Source of the DNA: Vicinamibacterales bacterium
Lineage (GTDB): Bacteria; Acidobacteriota; Vicinamibacteria; Vicinamibacterales; JAMQPK01
NCBI GenBank assembly: GCA_963738315.1
Contig: CAVTVT010000003.1
Coordinates: 1,466,595 to 1,530,594 of the forward strand
DNA: 64,000 nt
Direction of reading: 5' to 3'
Notes under the pieces: generated by a model
Seen by the model: the letters and a program-made list of their open reading frames with translations, nothing else
What the model was told of the DNA's origin: nothing
The model's database searches: none
Part shown: positions 9,985 through 20,636 of the stretch, in pieces
Numbering within the stretch: the stretch's first letter is position 1
Layout: each line of letters starts with the position of its first letter
Translations under genes and position numbers: made by a program

Positions 9985-12299
9985 GCGTGAGGGCAGGCTC
10001 GACTGTTTCGCGCCGCATGAGCGAGCTCTGCGGCGTCGTGCTCTTCGCGGGAGCGCTCATCTGGCTCGTCGCGCTCGCCACCTACGAGCCGTCGGACCCG
10101 GTCTGGTTCTTCAGTGCGGGCGCCGGCGGCGCGCCGGCGAATTTCGCGGGCCGGGTGGGCGCTTTCATGGCGGAGCTGTCGTTCCAGCTGTTCGGTACGC
10201 GTCCTATCTCATCCCGGCCGCGCTCGTGGTCATCGGCTGGCACTACTTCTGGTGCCGCGCCATCGACGCCGCCTACACGAAGATCGTGGGCGTCGTGCTG
10301 ACCTTCGCCTGCGTCAGCGCGCTCATGAGCCTGGTGGTCGGCATCATCGACGCGGGAGGCAAGCCGTTCCGAGCGGGCGGCTATCTCGGTGAGTGGCTCG
10401 GCGGCGTGCCTGACGGAGTATCTGAACCGGACCGGCTCCATCATCGTCATTCTCACGCTGCTGTTCCTCTCGTTCATCCTGTCCACGCAGTTCTCGCTCG
10501 GCCGGATCGTTCTCGTCCGCGACGGCCGTCGGGCGCAAGGGCACGTCGCGGCTCGCCTGCCTCGCTGCGCGCCTGGCTCCACGGCGCGCCGCCGCGGATC
10601 GCCAGCGGCGAGTGCTGCTCGCCAAGCAGGCAAGTCCGCAGCCGACCTGAAGACGGCGGTCGCCGCCCCGAAGCGGCCGGCCAGGCCCGTGATTGCCGCC
10701 GCCGCGGCGCCGGTGGCCGAGACGGCGCCGCCCGAACGCCCGGCGTCCGAACGCCGCCGGGCACCGGTGATGGCCAAGGCGCAAACCGGACGCGCCCATG
10801 CTGCCGCTGCCCGATCCCGAACCGCGGCCTCCGCGCCGGATCGGCGCGTTCACCGTGCCGCCGCTCTCGCTGCTGGACGCGCCGAAGACCGAGCGGAAGA
10901 TCGACGAGCGCGAGCTGATGGACGGAGCGCGGCTGCTCGAGGAGAAGTGCCACGAGTTCGCGGTGGACGGTGCCGTCGCACAGATTCACCCCGGCCCGGT
11001 GGTCACCACGTTCGAGTTCAAGCCGGACGCCGGCGTCAAGTACGGAAAGGTGACGGGCCTGGCCGACGATCTCTGCCTCGCCATGCGGGCCGAATCGGTG
11101 CTCATCGAGCGCATCCCGGGCAAGTCCACCGTCGGCATCCAGATCCCGAATCACACGCGCGAGCAGATCTCGCTTCGCGAGCTGCTCGCAGTCGGAGATG
11201 TACCAGCGCTCGACCTCCAAGCTCACGCTCGCGCTCGGCAAGACGATCCACGGCGAGCCCTACGTGACGGACCTCGCGACGATGCCGCATCTGCTGATCG
11301 CCGGGTCCACGGGCACGGGCAAGTCGGTGGCGATCAACTCGATGTTGTCGAGCATTCTCTTCCGGGCCACGCCCGAAGAGGTCCGGCTCATCATGATCGA
11401 TCCCAAGCGCGTGGAGCTCGGGATGTACGAGCACATCCCCCATTTGATGACGCCGGTCGTCGTCGACCCGAAGCAGGCGGTGAACGCGCTTCGCTGGGCG
11501 GTGAAGGAGATGGAGGAGCGGTACAAGAAGCTGGCGGCCGCGGGCGTGCGGAACATCGAGCAGTTCAACCGCAACGTCGCACACCTCGCGAAGGATGCGG
11601 CCGCCGCCGGCGAAGAGGCGGAACCGCTCCAGCCGCTCGCCTACATCGTCGTCGTGATCGACGAGCTCGCCGACCTGATGATGGTGGCGCGCAACGACGT
11701 CGAGGAGTCGATCGCGCGCCTCGCGCAGATGGCGCGCGCGGTGGGCATACACCTGCTCCTGGCCACCCAGCGCCCGTCGGTCGACGTCATCACCGGCCTG
11801 ATCAAGGCGAACCTGCCGTCGCGGATCTCCTTCCGCGTCTCCTCGAAGATCGACTCGCGGACGATTCTCGACGCCAACGGCGCCGAACAGCTCCTCGGCC
11901 GGGGGGACATGCTCTTCATGCCGCCGGCTTCGTCGCGCACGGTTCGGCTCCACGGGCCCTACATCTCCGAGCAGGAGACGGCGCGCCTGGCCAGCTTTCT
12001 GCGCAAGCAGGGCAAGCCGATCTACGACACGACGATCACCGCCGACGAGAAGAAGACCGACGCCGTGCAGATGGAGAAGGACGACCTGTACGAGGAGGCC
12101 GCCCGCATCGTGGTGTCGAGCGGACAAGCGTCGATCTCGTACCTCCAGCGGCGGCTCCGGATCGGCTTCAGCCGGGCCGCGCGGCTGGTGGACATGATGG
12201 AAATGGACGGCATCGTCTCCCCGGGGGCCGGCGGCAAGGCCCGCGAAGTGCTGGTCGGACAAGGACTACTTCGAGGAAGTGGATGCGCAGCTTCGGTGA
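9981..12299 (+). pseudogene. ftsK: DNA translocase FtsK, reading frame broken at least 5 times as sequenced
   Basis: The TM region is split over ORFs 9981..10301, 10226..10918 and 10389..11267. The alpha/beta domain FEFKPDAGVKYGKV is in 10798..12663. Walker A AGSTGTGKS, Walker B VVVIDELADLMM and the gamma wHTH SISYLQRRLRIGFSRAARLVDMME are in 11198..12580. The last codons DYFEEVDAQLR-stop (TGA 12297-12299) are in a third frame. Junctions lie near 10198, 10395, somewhere in 10500-10800 (probably several), 11197 and 12260. Confidence 0.85.
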
Positions 12300-13557
12300 G
12301 CGTGCCAGGGCGCCGCTGGCGGCGGCGCTGTTGGTCGTCCTCGGGCCGGTGCTCGCGGCACAGCGCGCGCCGGCGCCGGCCACCTACATTCGCTCGGTCC
12401 AGCGGCAGGTGCTGCCGGGATTGGTGCGCGTCACCATCGCTCTGGATCGCGAGGTCCCCTTCTATCAGACGCGCACGGACGCTCCACCCAGACTTGCGCT
12501 CGATTTGCAGGGGGCGCGGCCTATCGCGAAGCTCGCAAATGCGGTGCTGCGCTATCCGGCCGGCGTCGTCCGCGAATTGAGCGTGGGACGCGTCGACAAG
12601 CGCACCACGCTCATGCTCGATCTGCGGGGCGTGACCCGCTACAGCGTCTACACGCTGTACTAGCCGTATCGAGTCGTGGTCGACTGCGAGTGGACTCGAC
12701 AACCGGTTCCCGGGCGGCGATTCGCCGAAACGGAGCCCGGCGCAGAGCCGGCGCCGGAAGGCAGCCCCGCCGCCGAACGGGACGCCAACCGCCGCCCCCG
12801 CGTCCCCTTGCGCCGCAGATCAACGGGCGCGGCGCCTTCTCGGTGGCACGGCAGCTGGGATTGGGCGTGTCGCGCATCGTGATCGATGCGGGCCACGGCG
12901 GCCACGACCCGGGCGCGACGGCCTTCGGCGTCTCTGAGGCCGCGCTCGTGCTCGACATCGCCCTCAGGCTCGAGAAGCTGTTGCAGGAGCGGGAGGGTTT
13001 CGAGACGGTGCTCACTCGCCGCACCGACGAGTTCGTGCCGCTCGAGGAGCGGACGGCCATCGCCAATCGCGAATCGGCGCGACCTCTTCCTGTCCATTCA
13101 TGCCAATGCCAGCTCGAGGGCGTCTGCGCGCGGTGTCGAGACCTACTTCCTGAATTTCGCGCTCAACCGCGCGGCCGAAGCCGTCGCCGCCCGGGAGAAC
13201 GCCGCGTCGGGCCGCACCATGAGCAGCCTGCCGAGCATCATCAAGGCCATCACGCTCAACAGCAAGCTCGACGAATCGCGCGACTTCGCCGCGACGGTGC
13301 AGCAGTCGATGGTGCGCGGGCTGCGCGCCTACAAAGGCGCGGGCAAGGATCTCGGCGTGAAACAGGCCCCCTTCATGGTGCTCATCGGCGCCACGATGCC
13401 CAGCGTGCTCGCGGAAATTTCGTTCGTGACGAACCGGACGGATGCGCGCCTGCTCAAGAGCACGGCCTACCGGCAGAAGATCGCCGACGCCCTGCTCGCC
13501 GGCGTCGTGAAGTACCAGCAGGCGCTCAAGAAGGTCCAGACCGCCTCGCTGAAGTGA
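12283..13557 (+). pseudogene. N-acetylmuramoyl-L-alanine amidase with N-terminal AMIN domain; in-frame TAG plus at least 2 frameshifts as sequenced
   Basis: The AMIN-like N-terminus is in the tail of ORF 10798..12663 and ends ..YSVYTLY-TAG(12661)-PYRVVVD. The amidase_3 core VIDAGHGGHDPGA is in 12690..13595. DLFLSIHANAS..ETYFLN..SVLAEISFVTN is in 12886..13557, with a junction near 13076. Confidence 0.8.
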
Positions 13558-13572
13558 CGGGCGGCCGGCGGG

Positions 13573-13815
13573 TCATTTGTGAGCGGGAGGCGTGAGACCG
13601 AGCGACTGCGTCTGCGCGGCTTCGTCCTCGGACACCCGGGCCGCCCGCAGCCGCCGATAGCCGATGACCCCGGCAGCCAGGACCAGCCCGAGAAGGAGCG
13701 CCACGACGGCAATGACGCCGGTGAGCCCGACCGCGTTCAGAATGACGTCGCCGAGCCCGAGGCCCGGATTCGGCTCCACGACCTTGACGATGATGGGCGG
13801 CGTGGGAGGCTGCAC
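13573..13815 (-). CDS. small membrane protein, hypothetical
   Basis: ORF 13573..13815(-) has one hydrophobic span, LTGVIAVVALLLGLVLAAGVIGY, and lies directly downstream of pepA. Confidence 0.45.
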   Translation of the reverse strand: MQPPTPPIIVKVVEPNPGLGLGDVILNAVGLTGVIAVVALLLGLVLAAGVIGYRRLRAARVSEDEAAQTQSLGLTPPAHK

Positions 13816-13822
13816 GACTCGA

Positions 13823-15349
13823 TTATGTCACCGGCGGTGACGGCGGCCAGTCGCGCGACGTGAACGCGAGCTCGGCGAGCGTTCGTACGCCGATACCGCT
13901 CGCCCCCTTCGGCAGGTACGGGCGCGGCTCCTCCAGCCACGCCGTGCCCGCCACGTCCATGTGGGCCCACGGCAGCCCGCCCGTGAACTCCTTGAGGAAC
14001 CAGGCGGCCGTGATCGCCCCGCCGTAGCGCCCGGCGGTGTTCACCATATCAGCCACCTCGCTCTTGAGCAGCTCGCGATAATCCTCGAACAGCGGCATGG
14101 GCCAGCACCGGTCCCCGGCGCGCTCCGCGACCGCCAGGACCTGCTCCACCCAGGGGTCCGGCGTGCCGAAGAGTCCGCTCGTGAGCTTTCCGAGGGCAAC
14201 GCTGATCGCCCCGGTGAGCGTCGCGATGTCGACCAGGTGGGTTGCGCCGAGCCGCTGCGCGTACCACAGCGCGTCCCCCAGGACGAGGCGGCCCTCCGCG
14301 TCGGTGTTGAGCACCTCGACGGTTCTTCCCGATGCGCTGGTGAGCACGTCGCCCGGACGAACGGCACGGCCGCTCGGCATGTTCTCGGCGATCGGCACGA
14401 CGCCGATCACCCGGATGGGAGGCTCGAGCAGCGCAATCGCGCGCATGGCTCCGATCACAGCCGCCCCGCCGGCCATGTCGTCCTTCATCCGCTCCATGCC
14501 CTCCGCCGGCTTGATCGAGATGCCGCCGGTATCGAAGGTGATGCCCTTGCCGACGAGGCCGAGCACCGGTCCGCCGCCAGCGGCCGTCCGCGGGCGGTAC
14601 TCGATAGCGACCAGCCTCGGCGGCTGGTCGCTCCCCTGCCCCACGCCGAGCAGCAGTCCCATGCCGAGCTCCGCCAGGCGCGGCTCATCGAGCACGTCCA
14701 CCTGGAGCCCCACCTCACGAGCGATTGCGGCCGCACGATCCGCGAAGATCGACGGAGTGAGGCGGTTTGCCGGCTCGTTCGCGAGCTGCCGCGCGACGTT
14801 GCAGCATTCCCCCAGCACCCGTCCGCGGGTGAGCGCCCTGTCCAGATCGTCCGAGCCGGCGTGCACGAAGACCGTCCAGGAGGGCGCCGGAAGAGCGGGC
14901 GGATCGACCGTCTTGTAGCGGCCGGCATCGAACTCGGAGAGCACGAGCCCCTCGGCGATGGCCTGGACCACATCAGGACGGCCCAGCCTGCCATCGGCCG
15001 CGATCGCCACGGCGGCGGCTTTTCGCTGCCTCGCAGACAGCCCGGCCGCGCTCGCCGCGCGCCTCGCCCGATCGATCGTGAAGGCCGGCTCCGGCCCTAA
15101 ACCAAGAACCGCGATCCGACGACACTTGTACTTGCGGTCGGTTATCGGGGCGGCGAAAATCTCGTACAGCTTCCCGCTGAACTCCTTCGACGCCGCCGCT
15201 CGAGCCGTTTCACCGCCGGTCGCCTCCGACCACCGCTCGAGCCCGGCCAGCGTGTCCTCGAAGCTCGGAACCACGACGAGGTCCGCCTCGAGCGCACGTG
15301 GATCGCCCGAGTAGAGGCTCATCGGCCTGGACGATGCATCGGTGGGCAT
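13823..15349 (-). CDS. pepA: leucyl aminopeptidase (M17)
   Basis: ORF 13823..15349(-) is intact and carries the M17 signature NTDAEGRLVLGDAL and VGKGITFDTGG. Confidence 0.92.
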   Translation of the reverse strand: MPTDASSRPMSLYSGDPRALEADLVVVPSFEDTLAGLERWSEATGGETARAAASKEFSGKLYEIFAAPITDRKYKCRRIAVLGLGPEPAFTIDRARRAASAAGLSARQRKAAAVAIAADGRLGRPDVVQAIAEGLVLSEFDAGRYKTVDPPALPAPSWTVFVHAGSDDLDRALTRGRVLGECCNVARQLANEPANRLTPSIFADRAAAIAREVGLQVDVLDEPRLAELGMGLLLGVGQGSDQPPRLVAIEYRPRTAAGGGPVLGLVGKGITFDTGGISIKPAEGMERMKDDMAGGAAVIGAMRAIALLEPPIRVIGVVPIAENMPSGRAVRPGDVLTSASGRTVEVLNTDAEGRLVLGDALWYAQRLGATHLVDIATLTGAISVALGKLTSGLFGTPDPWVEQVLAVAERAGDRCWPMPLFEDYRELLKSEVADMVNTAGRYGGAITAAWFLKEFTGGLPWAHMDVAGTAWLEEPRPYLPKGASGIGVRTLAELAFTSRDWPPSPPVT

Positions 15350-15393
15350 CGGGCGATTATATCGGCTTGCTCGCGTGTAACGCGGAGGTTACG

Positions 15394-15846
15394 ATGGCAG
15401 TGATGATCCCGAAACTCGTCGCCACGGCGCTCTCGAGCGCGGCGCTGATCGCCGCAGTTGCCGCCGCCCCGCGTGCGCAGACGGCCGATGCGAAGCCGAA
15501 GGCCGAACCGAAGCGTCCGCAGGTGACCCTCAAGGTCCAGCCGGCCTCCGGTATGGTGCCCGTGCGCATCTCGGGCGTGGCGGAGCTCCGCGGCGGCGCC
15601 GACGACTTCGAGGACTACTACTGCCCCACGATCGAATGGAGCTGGGGTGACGGCACCATCTCCGAGTCCTCGAACGACTGCGAGCCGTACGAAGCGGGCA
15701 AGAGCCAGATCAAGCGCCGCTATTCCATCACCCATCCGTACCGGGAGAGCGGCAGCTACCGAATCTCGTTCCGCATGAAGCAGAAAGACCGGGTCGTCGG
15801 CTCGGCCAATACGGTCGTTCAGCTCCTCGGTGGAGGACCGGACTAG
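15394..15846 (+). CDS. secreted hypothetical protein
   Basis: Within ORF 15298..15846(+). GGAGGT (15384-15389) precedes ATG at 15394, followed by the signal peptide MAVMIPKLVATALSSAALIAAVAAAP. The Cys-containing beta-rich body has no recognisable catalytic motif. Confidence 0.6.
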   Translation: MAVMIPKLVATALSSAALIAAVAAAPRAQTADAKPKAEPKRPQVTLKVQPASGMVPVRISGVAELRGGADDFEDYYCPTIEWSWGDGTISESSNDCEPYEAGKSQIKRRYSITHPYRESGSYRISFRMKQKDRVVGSANTVVQLLGGGPD

Positions 15847-16283
15847 TCGTTCTCCCGCACGCCCGGACCGGGCATCACCACGCACTCGGGAAACACGGCC
15901 GCTCCATGGCGGTCGAGGTGGAACGCTCGAATGGTGTCGTCGACCGGCGACACAATGACGTAAAGAAAATTCGCGCCTGCGGCTTCTTCCAGGTCCGATT
16001 GCGAGGGGACTGGCGCGCTCGCCGGGTGCGAATGGTACGCGCCAACTACCAGGAGCCCGTCGGCCCGCGCGGACCGGATCGCCGCGAAATGATCGGCCGG
16101 ATCGACACGGTAGCGGGTCGGCCCCTGTTCGACATTCCGCGCGCGTACCGCGCGCTCGATCGCCCGATCGCGCCCGAGCAGCAGCCCGCAGCACTCGTTC
16201 GGCGCCTCGTCGCGGGCGTGCGCCAGCATGGAGGCGACCGATGCGCCCGACAGGGTGATCGTGTTCTGCGGTTGGCCAGCCAC
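15843..16283 (-). CDS. MPN/JAMM-family metalloprotease-like protein
   Basis: ORF 15843..16283(-) has an upstream Glu (EAPNECCG) and the JAMM motif HSHPASAPVPSQSD. GGAGG lies 11 nt before the GTG start, and the gene begins 37 nt after the tyrA stop. Confidence 0.8.
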   Translation of the reverse strand: MAGQPQNTITLSGASVASMLAHARDEAPNECCGLLLGRDRAIERAVRARNVEQGPTRYRVDPADHFAAIRSARADGLLVVGAYHSHPASAPVPSQSDLEEAAGANFLYVIVSPVDDTIRAFHLDRHGAAVFPECVVMPGPGVREND

Positions 16284-16320
16284 GATGCTGTGCGCCTCCA
16301 GCCCGGCCGGCTGCGCGGCC

Positions 16321-17235
16321 CTATTTTCCGGCGAGCAGGGCCTCCCGCCATCGATGCGCGCCCTCGAAGACGCGCTCGATGGCGTCGCCCGACACGAGTC
16401 CGGTCCGCACTTCCTGGAGCAGCCGGATCAGCGCGTCGAGCGCGCCGCCGATCTCGTCGGGATTGGTCGCACAGACTTCCTTCCAGATGTCGGCAGGGCT
16501 CGAGGCGAGCCGCGTCGTATCCAGCAGACCGCGGCCCGTGAGCTCGAGCCCGTCACGTCCCGCGGCCTCGCCCACGACCTGCATCAGCGCGCTCGCCGTG
16601 AGCTGCGGGAGGTGGCTGATGAAGGCCAGCAGGTGGTCGTGCTCGGCAGGCGACAGAATTCTCGGGCGGGCGCCGAGCGCCGACGCAAATGCCTGCAGCT
16701 TCTCCAGCGCGGCACCGCCGGCAGCGCTCGCCGGCGTAAACAGCCACGGACGGCCCGCGAAGAGGTCCGCCCGGGCGAAGTCGATGCCGCCGCGCGCGCC
16801 GCCCCCGAGCGGATGGCCGCCGACGAAGGTGAACCGGCGCGGCAGGTCCGCCGCTGCCGCCGCGATGGCGCGCTTGGTGCTGCCGGTATCGGTGACCACC
16901 GCCGGTCCGGCGATGTTCCCGTCGAGGGCCGCGAGGAGCTCGAGATTCTGCTGAATGGGCGCGGCGAGAATGACCAGGTCCGCCTCGGCCAGGACGACCG
17001 GGTCGTCGGCCGCGACGTCTATCGCGTGGCGCACCATGGCCCGCTCGAGCACGTCCTTCCGATCGACGCCGATGACCAGCCCCGACGGCCAGGTCTCGCG
17101 GGCGGCGAGCGCGATCGAGCCGCCGATGAGTCCCAGGCCGATGATGCCGACCCGCTCGAAGATGGGCGGCTGGCCCGCAGGCCTCTCCGGCTGGATGACA
17201 CGGAGCGCCCGCCCGTCGAAGGGGCCGTCGGCCAC
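16321..17235 (-). CDS. tyrA: prephenate dehydrogenase
   Basis: Within ORF 16321..17637(-). It has the Rossmann motif VGIIGLGLIGGSIALA, the GGHPLGG motif and HLPQLTASAL. The in-frame GTG at 17235 overlaps the upstream stop; the longer Met-start extension would be antisense-overlapped with the DAHP synthase gene. Confidence 0.85.
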   Translation of the reverse strand: MADGPFDGRALRVIQPERPAGQPPIFERVGIIGLGLIGGSIALAARETWPSGLVIGVDRKDVLERAMVRHAIDVAADDPVVLAEADLVILAAPIQQNLELLAALDGNIAGPAVVTDTGSTKRAIAAAAADLPRRFTFVGGHPLGGGARGGIDFARADLFAGRPWLFTPASAAGGAALEKLQAFASALGARPRILSPAEHDHLLAFISHLPQLTASALMQVVGEAAGRDGLELTGRGLLDTTRLASSPADIWKEVCATNPDEIGGALDALIRLLQEVRTGLVSGDAIERVFEGAHRWREALLAGK

Positions 17236-18281
17236 TAGCGGCCCCAGCCGCGCTTGGCCACCGGTTCGACGCAGATGCTGCGCCCGATGGCGGGGGCGAT
17301 GATCCGGAGCTCCGCCATCACGCGGTCGAACTGCGCCGGGTACATCGACTGCGCTCCGTCGCTCAGCGCCTTGTCGGGATTGCAGTGCACTTCGACGATG
17401 ATCCCGTCCGCCCCTGCGGCCACCGACGCGCGGGCCATCGGCGCCACTTTGTTGCGCTTGCCCGTCGCGTGGCTCGGATCCGTGATGATCGGCAGATGGC
17501 TCAGCTTCTTGATCACCGGAATGGCCGAGATGTCGAGCGTATTCCGCGTGTAGCTCTCGAACGTCCGGATGCCGCGCTCGCACAGGATGACGTCGTTGTT
17601 GCCGCCGGCCAGGATGTACTCCGCCGAGAGCAGCCACTCCTCGATGGTCGCGGCAATGCCGCGCTTCAGCAGCACCGGCTTGCGCACCCGCCCGAGCTCG
17701 CGCAGCAGGGTGAAGTTCTGCATGTTCCGCGCGCCCACCTGGTAGATGTCCGCGTAGCGCCCGACCACGTCGATCTGGCTGACGTCCATGACCTCCGACA
17801 CGAGCTTCATCTGCTCGTGATCGGCCGCCTCGCGCAGCATGCGGAGCCCCTCCTCGCCGAGTCCCTGGAAGCTGTACGGCGAGCTGCGCGGCTTGAACGC
17901 GCCGCCGCGGAAGATCTTCGCGCCGGCCTTCTTCACGGCCGCGGCCGTCGTGAACACCTGCTCCTCGTTCTCCGCCGAACAGGGCCCCGCCATCACGATC
18001 ACCTCGTCCCCCCCGATGCGGACGTCGTCGATCGTGATCACGCTCCCTTCGGGCTTGAACGTCCGGCTCGCGAGCTTGTACGGCTCGGTGATGCGCAACA
18101 CTTCGTGCACTCCGTCCATCACCTCAATCAGGGCCGGGTCCACACGGTTCGCGCCGACCACGCCAAGTACGGTGCGATTCACGCCGGTCGATCGGTGCAC
18201 GTCCATGCCCTGCTCGACCAGGCTGGCGACCACCTTCTCGATCTGCGCCTCGGTCGCCCGTTCCTCCATTACGACCACCAT
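17235..18281 (-). CDS. aroF: 3-deoxy-7-phosphoheptulonate (DAHP) synthase, type I-beta with N-terminal regulatory domain
   Basis: Within ORF 17235..18317(-), starting at MVVVMEE. A ~70-aa ferredoxin-like N-domain is followed by the KDSA/DAHPS core GPCSAENEEQ..FRGGAFKPRSSPYSFQGLG..ITDPSH. Confidence 0.88.
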   Translation of the reverse strand: MVVVMEERATEAQIEKVVASLVEQGMDVHRSTGVNRTVLGVVGANRVDPALIEVMDGVHEVLRITEPYKLASRTFKPEGSVITIDDVRIGGDEVIVMAGPCSAENEEQVFTTAAAVKKAGAKIFRGGAFKPRSSPYSFQGLGEEGLRMLREAADHEQMKLVSEVMDVSQIDVVGRYADIYQVGARNMQNFTLLRELGRVRKPVLLKRGIAATIEEWLLSAEYILAGGNNDVILCERGIRTFESYTRNTLDISAIPVIKKLSHLPIITDPSHATGKRNKVAPMARASVAAGADGIIVEVHCNPDKALSDGAQSMYPAQFDRVMAELRIIAPAIGRSICVEPVAKRGWGR

Positions 18282-18282
18282 G

Positions 18283-18606
18283 CTAGCTATCCTCCCCGTT
18301 GCCGATGACACGCGCATCCACGATGCCGCTCGGGCGCGCCGACCCGCGTTCGATGCGTCGCGCCTCGTCGATAATCCGCTCGAACACTCTGACGATGGCC
18401 TCGCCGGCGAGCGGGCTGCCGGTGAGGCGCCCGTGCGATTGCACGTGCCGCAGCACCTCCGCTTCGCGATCGGGCTGGTACACGTCCAGGCCGAGATCGT
18501 GCTTCATCCGGCCGATCTCCAGCGCGCATCTCGCCCGCTCGGTGAGCAGCTCCACGAGCCGCTCGTCAAGCTGATCGATCCGATGTCTGAGCTCGTCGAT
18601 TGTCAT
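18283..18606 (-). CDS. chorismate mutase (AroQ class)
   Basis: ORF 18283..18627(-) reads [35 protein letters not shown], typical of a CM type 2 helix bundle. Its start lies within the trpA 3' end. Confidence 0.85.
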   Translation of the reverse strand: MTIDELRHRIDQLDERLVELLTERARCALEIGRMKHDLGLDVYQPDREAEVLRHVQSHGRLTGSPLAGEAIVRVFERIIDEARRIERGSARPSGIVDARVIGNGEDS

Positions 18607-19420
18607 GGGTGCCGTCGGCCGGCTCACCCTTGAGCCAGCGGACGTAAGATTCTACCCTTTCAACGAGATCCGGGCTGGCTCCAGCCTCGGCGATCACCCC
18701 CACCAGTCCGCTGCCGACCACCGCCGCATCGGCCCAGGCGCCGATTCGGCGCACGTGCTCCGGACGCGAGATGCCGAAGCCCAGGGCCAGCGGCAGCGTC
18801 GTCTCGGCCCGGATGCGCCGCGCCAGGCGCTCGGCGCCTTCAGCCACCTCGCTCCGCACGCCCGTCACACCGAGCCGCGAGATCCCGTACAAGAACCCGC
18901 TGGCGAGGCGAACCGCCTGGCGCAGCCGCGCGTCGGTGGTCGTCGGGCTCAGGAGGAAGATCATGTCCAGGCCGCGGGCCGCGAGCGCATCCCGGAAGCC
19001 GGATGCCTCCTCGACCGGCAGATCGAGCACGAGCACACCGTCCACGCCCGCCTCCGCGGCCCGGTCGGCGAAGCGCTCGAGCCCCATCCGCAGGATCGGA
19101 TTGACGTAGCTGAACAGCACGATCGGGGCGCGCACGCCGTCTCTCACCGCGGCCACGACGTCCAGCACACGCCTGGCCGTGGCGCCTCCAGCCAGCGCCC
19201 GTTCGGTGGCGCGCTGAATCACCGGACCGTCAGCCACCGGCTCCGAGAAGGGAATGCCGAGCTCGATCACGTCCGCTCCGGCCCGATCGAGCGCCTTCAC
19301 GATCGCTCCTGTCCGCTCGAGATCGGGATCGCCGCCGGTGACGTAGGTCACCAGGCCCGGAGCGTGCCGCGCGCGAATGAGCTCGAAGGCCGGCGCAATC
19401 CTAGACGCCACGCGGCACAT
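18566..19420 (-). CDS. trpA: tryptophan synthase alpha chain
   Basis: ORF 18566..19420(-) contains [17 protein letters not shown] and GFGIS motifs. Confidence 0.93.
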   Translation of the reverse strand: MCRVASRIAPAFELIRARHAPGLVTYVTGGDPDLERTGAIVKALDRAGADVIELGIPFSEPVADGPVIQRATERALAGGATARRVLDVVAAVRDGVRAPIVLFSYVNPILRMGLERFADRAAEAGVDGVLVLDLPVEEASGFRDALAARGLDMIFLLSPTTTDARLRQAVRLASGFLYGISRLGVTGVRSEVAEGAERLARRIRAETTLPLALGFGISRPEHVRRIGAWADAAVVGSGLVGVIAEAGASPDLVERVESYVRWLKGEPADGTHDNRRAQTSDRSA

Positions 19421-20636
19421 CCTCGATTATCGAGAGCCGGCGGGCGACGCTCTCGACGTCCTTGTCGCCCCGGCCGGACAGATTCACGAGCACTACGGCG
19501 GTTGGACCGAGCTCCGGGCCCAGCCGGCAGGCGTGCGCCACGGCATGGGCCGATTCCAGCGCGGGGATGATCCCCTCCAGGCGGGCGAGATCCCCGAACG
19601 CCTTCAACGCCGCATCGTCGTCGATCCAGGTGTACTCCGCGCGTCCGAGATCGCGCAGCCAGGCGTGCTCCGGGCCGACGCCGGCGTAATCGAGGCCCGC
19701 CGATATCGAATGCGTCAGCTCGATGTTGCCGTCGGCGTCCTGCAGGATGTAGGTGCGGGTGCCCTGCAGCACGCCCGCCACGCCCCCCGCGAATCGCGCC
19801 GCGTGGCGTCCCGGCGCCAGCGCTTCGCCTCCCGCTTCCACGCCAATCAGGCGCACGTCGGCGTCCGGGATGAAGGCGTCGAAGATGCCGAGGGCGTTGC
19901 TGCCGCCGCCGACGCAGGCGACGACGGCGTCGGGCAGGCGGCCTGCGGCCTCCAGTATCTGCGCGCGCGCCTCGCGGCCGATCACCGACTGGAATTCGCG
20001 CACCATGAGCGGATAGGGGTGAGGCCCCAGCACCGAACCGAGGAGGTAGTACGTGTCGGTGACGTTGGTCACCCAGTCGCGCATCGCCTCGTTTATCGCA
20101 TCCTTGAGGGTTCTGCTGCCCGCCTCCACCCGGCGCACGTTCGCCCCGAGCAGGCGCATGCGGACCACATTGAGCGCCTGCCGCTCCATGTCCTCGGCGC
20201 CCATGTACACGTCGCAGGCGAGTCCGAGCAGCGCGGCGGCCGTGGCGGTGGCCACGCCGTGCTGACCGGCGCCGGTCTCGGCGACGATGCGCCGCTTGCC
20301 CATGCGCCGGGCGAGCAGCGCCTGGCCGAGTGCGTTGTTGATCTTGTGAGCGCCTGTATGGGCCAGGTCCTCGCGCTTCAGGAAAATTCGCGCGGCGGGA
20401 CGCGCCAGCGCCGCCTGGAGACGCACGGCTTCGTACAGCGCCGTCGGGCGGCCGACGAAGTGCTTCAACAGGCGATCGAGCTCCGCCGTGAATGTGCCGT
20501 CGGCGCGGGCCTCGAGATAGGCGGCCTCGAGCTCGTCCACCGGCCCCACCAGCGTCTCCGGGACGAAGGCGCCGCCATATTCGCCGTAATACCCGCGAGC
20601 GCCCGGGTCGCGGCGGCCGAATCGCGCGTCAGCCAT
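19401..20636 (-). CDS. trpB: tryptophan synthase beta chain
   Basis: ORF 19401..20636(-) has the PLP lysine region [13 protein letters not shown] and GGGSNALG. Confidence 0.95.
   Translation of the reverse strand: MADARFGRRDPGARGYYGEYGGAFVPETLVGPVDELEAAYLEARADGTFTAELDRLLKHFVGRPTALYEAVRLQAALARPAARIFLKREDLAHTGAHKINNALGQALLARRMGKRRIVAETGAGQHGVATATAAALLGLACDVYMGAEDMERQALNVVRMRLLGANVRRVEAGSRTLKDAINEAMRDWVTNVTDTYYLLGSVLGPHPYPLMVREFQSVIGREARAQILEAAGRLPDAVVACVGGGSNALGIFDAFIPDADVRLIGVEAGGEALAPGRHAARFAGGVAGVLQGTRTYILQDADGNIELTHSISAGLDYAGVGPEHAWLRDLGRAEYTWIDDDAALKAFGDLARLEGIIPALESAHAVAHACRLGPELGPTAVVLVNLSGRGDKDVESVARRLSIIEDVPRGV

Noticed and set aside
1073-13557. Programmed ribosomal frameshifting or recoding as an explanation for the broken genes
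   Set aside because: The junctions lack shared slippery heptamers or downstream structures. They occur up to 5+ times per gene in unrelated genes, in both the +1 and -1 directions, and often at short homopolymers. Sequence error, or less likely recent decay, is far more parsimonious.
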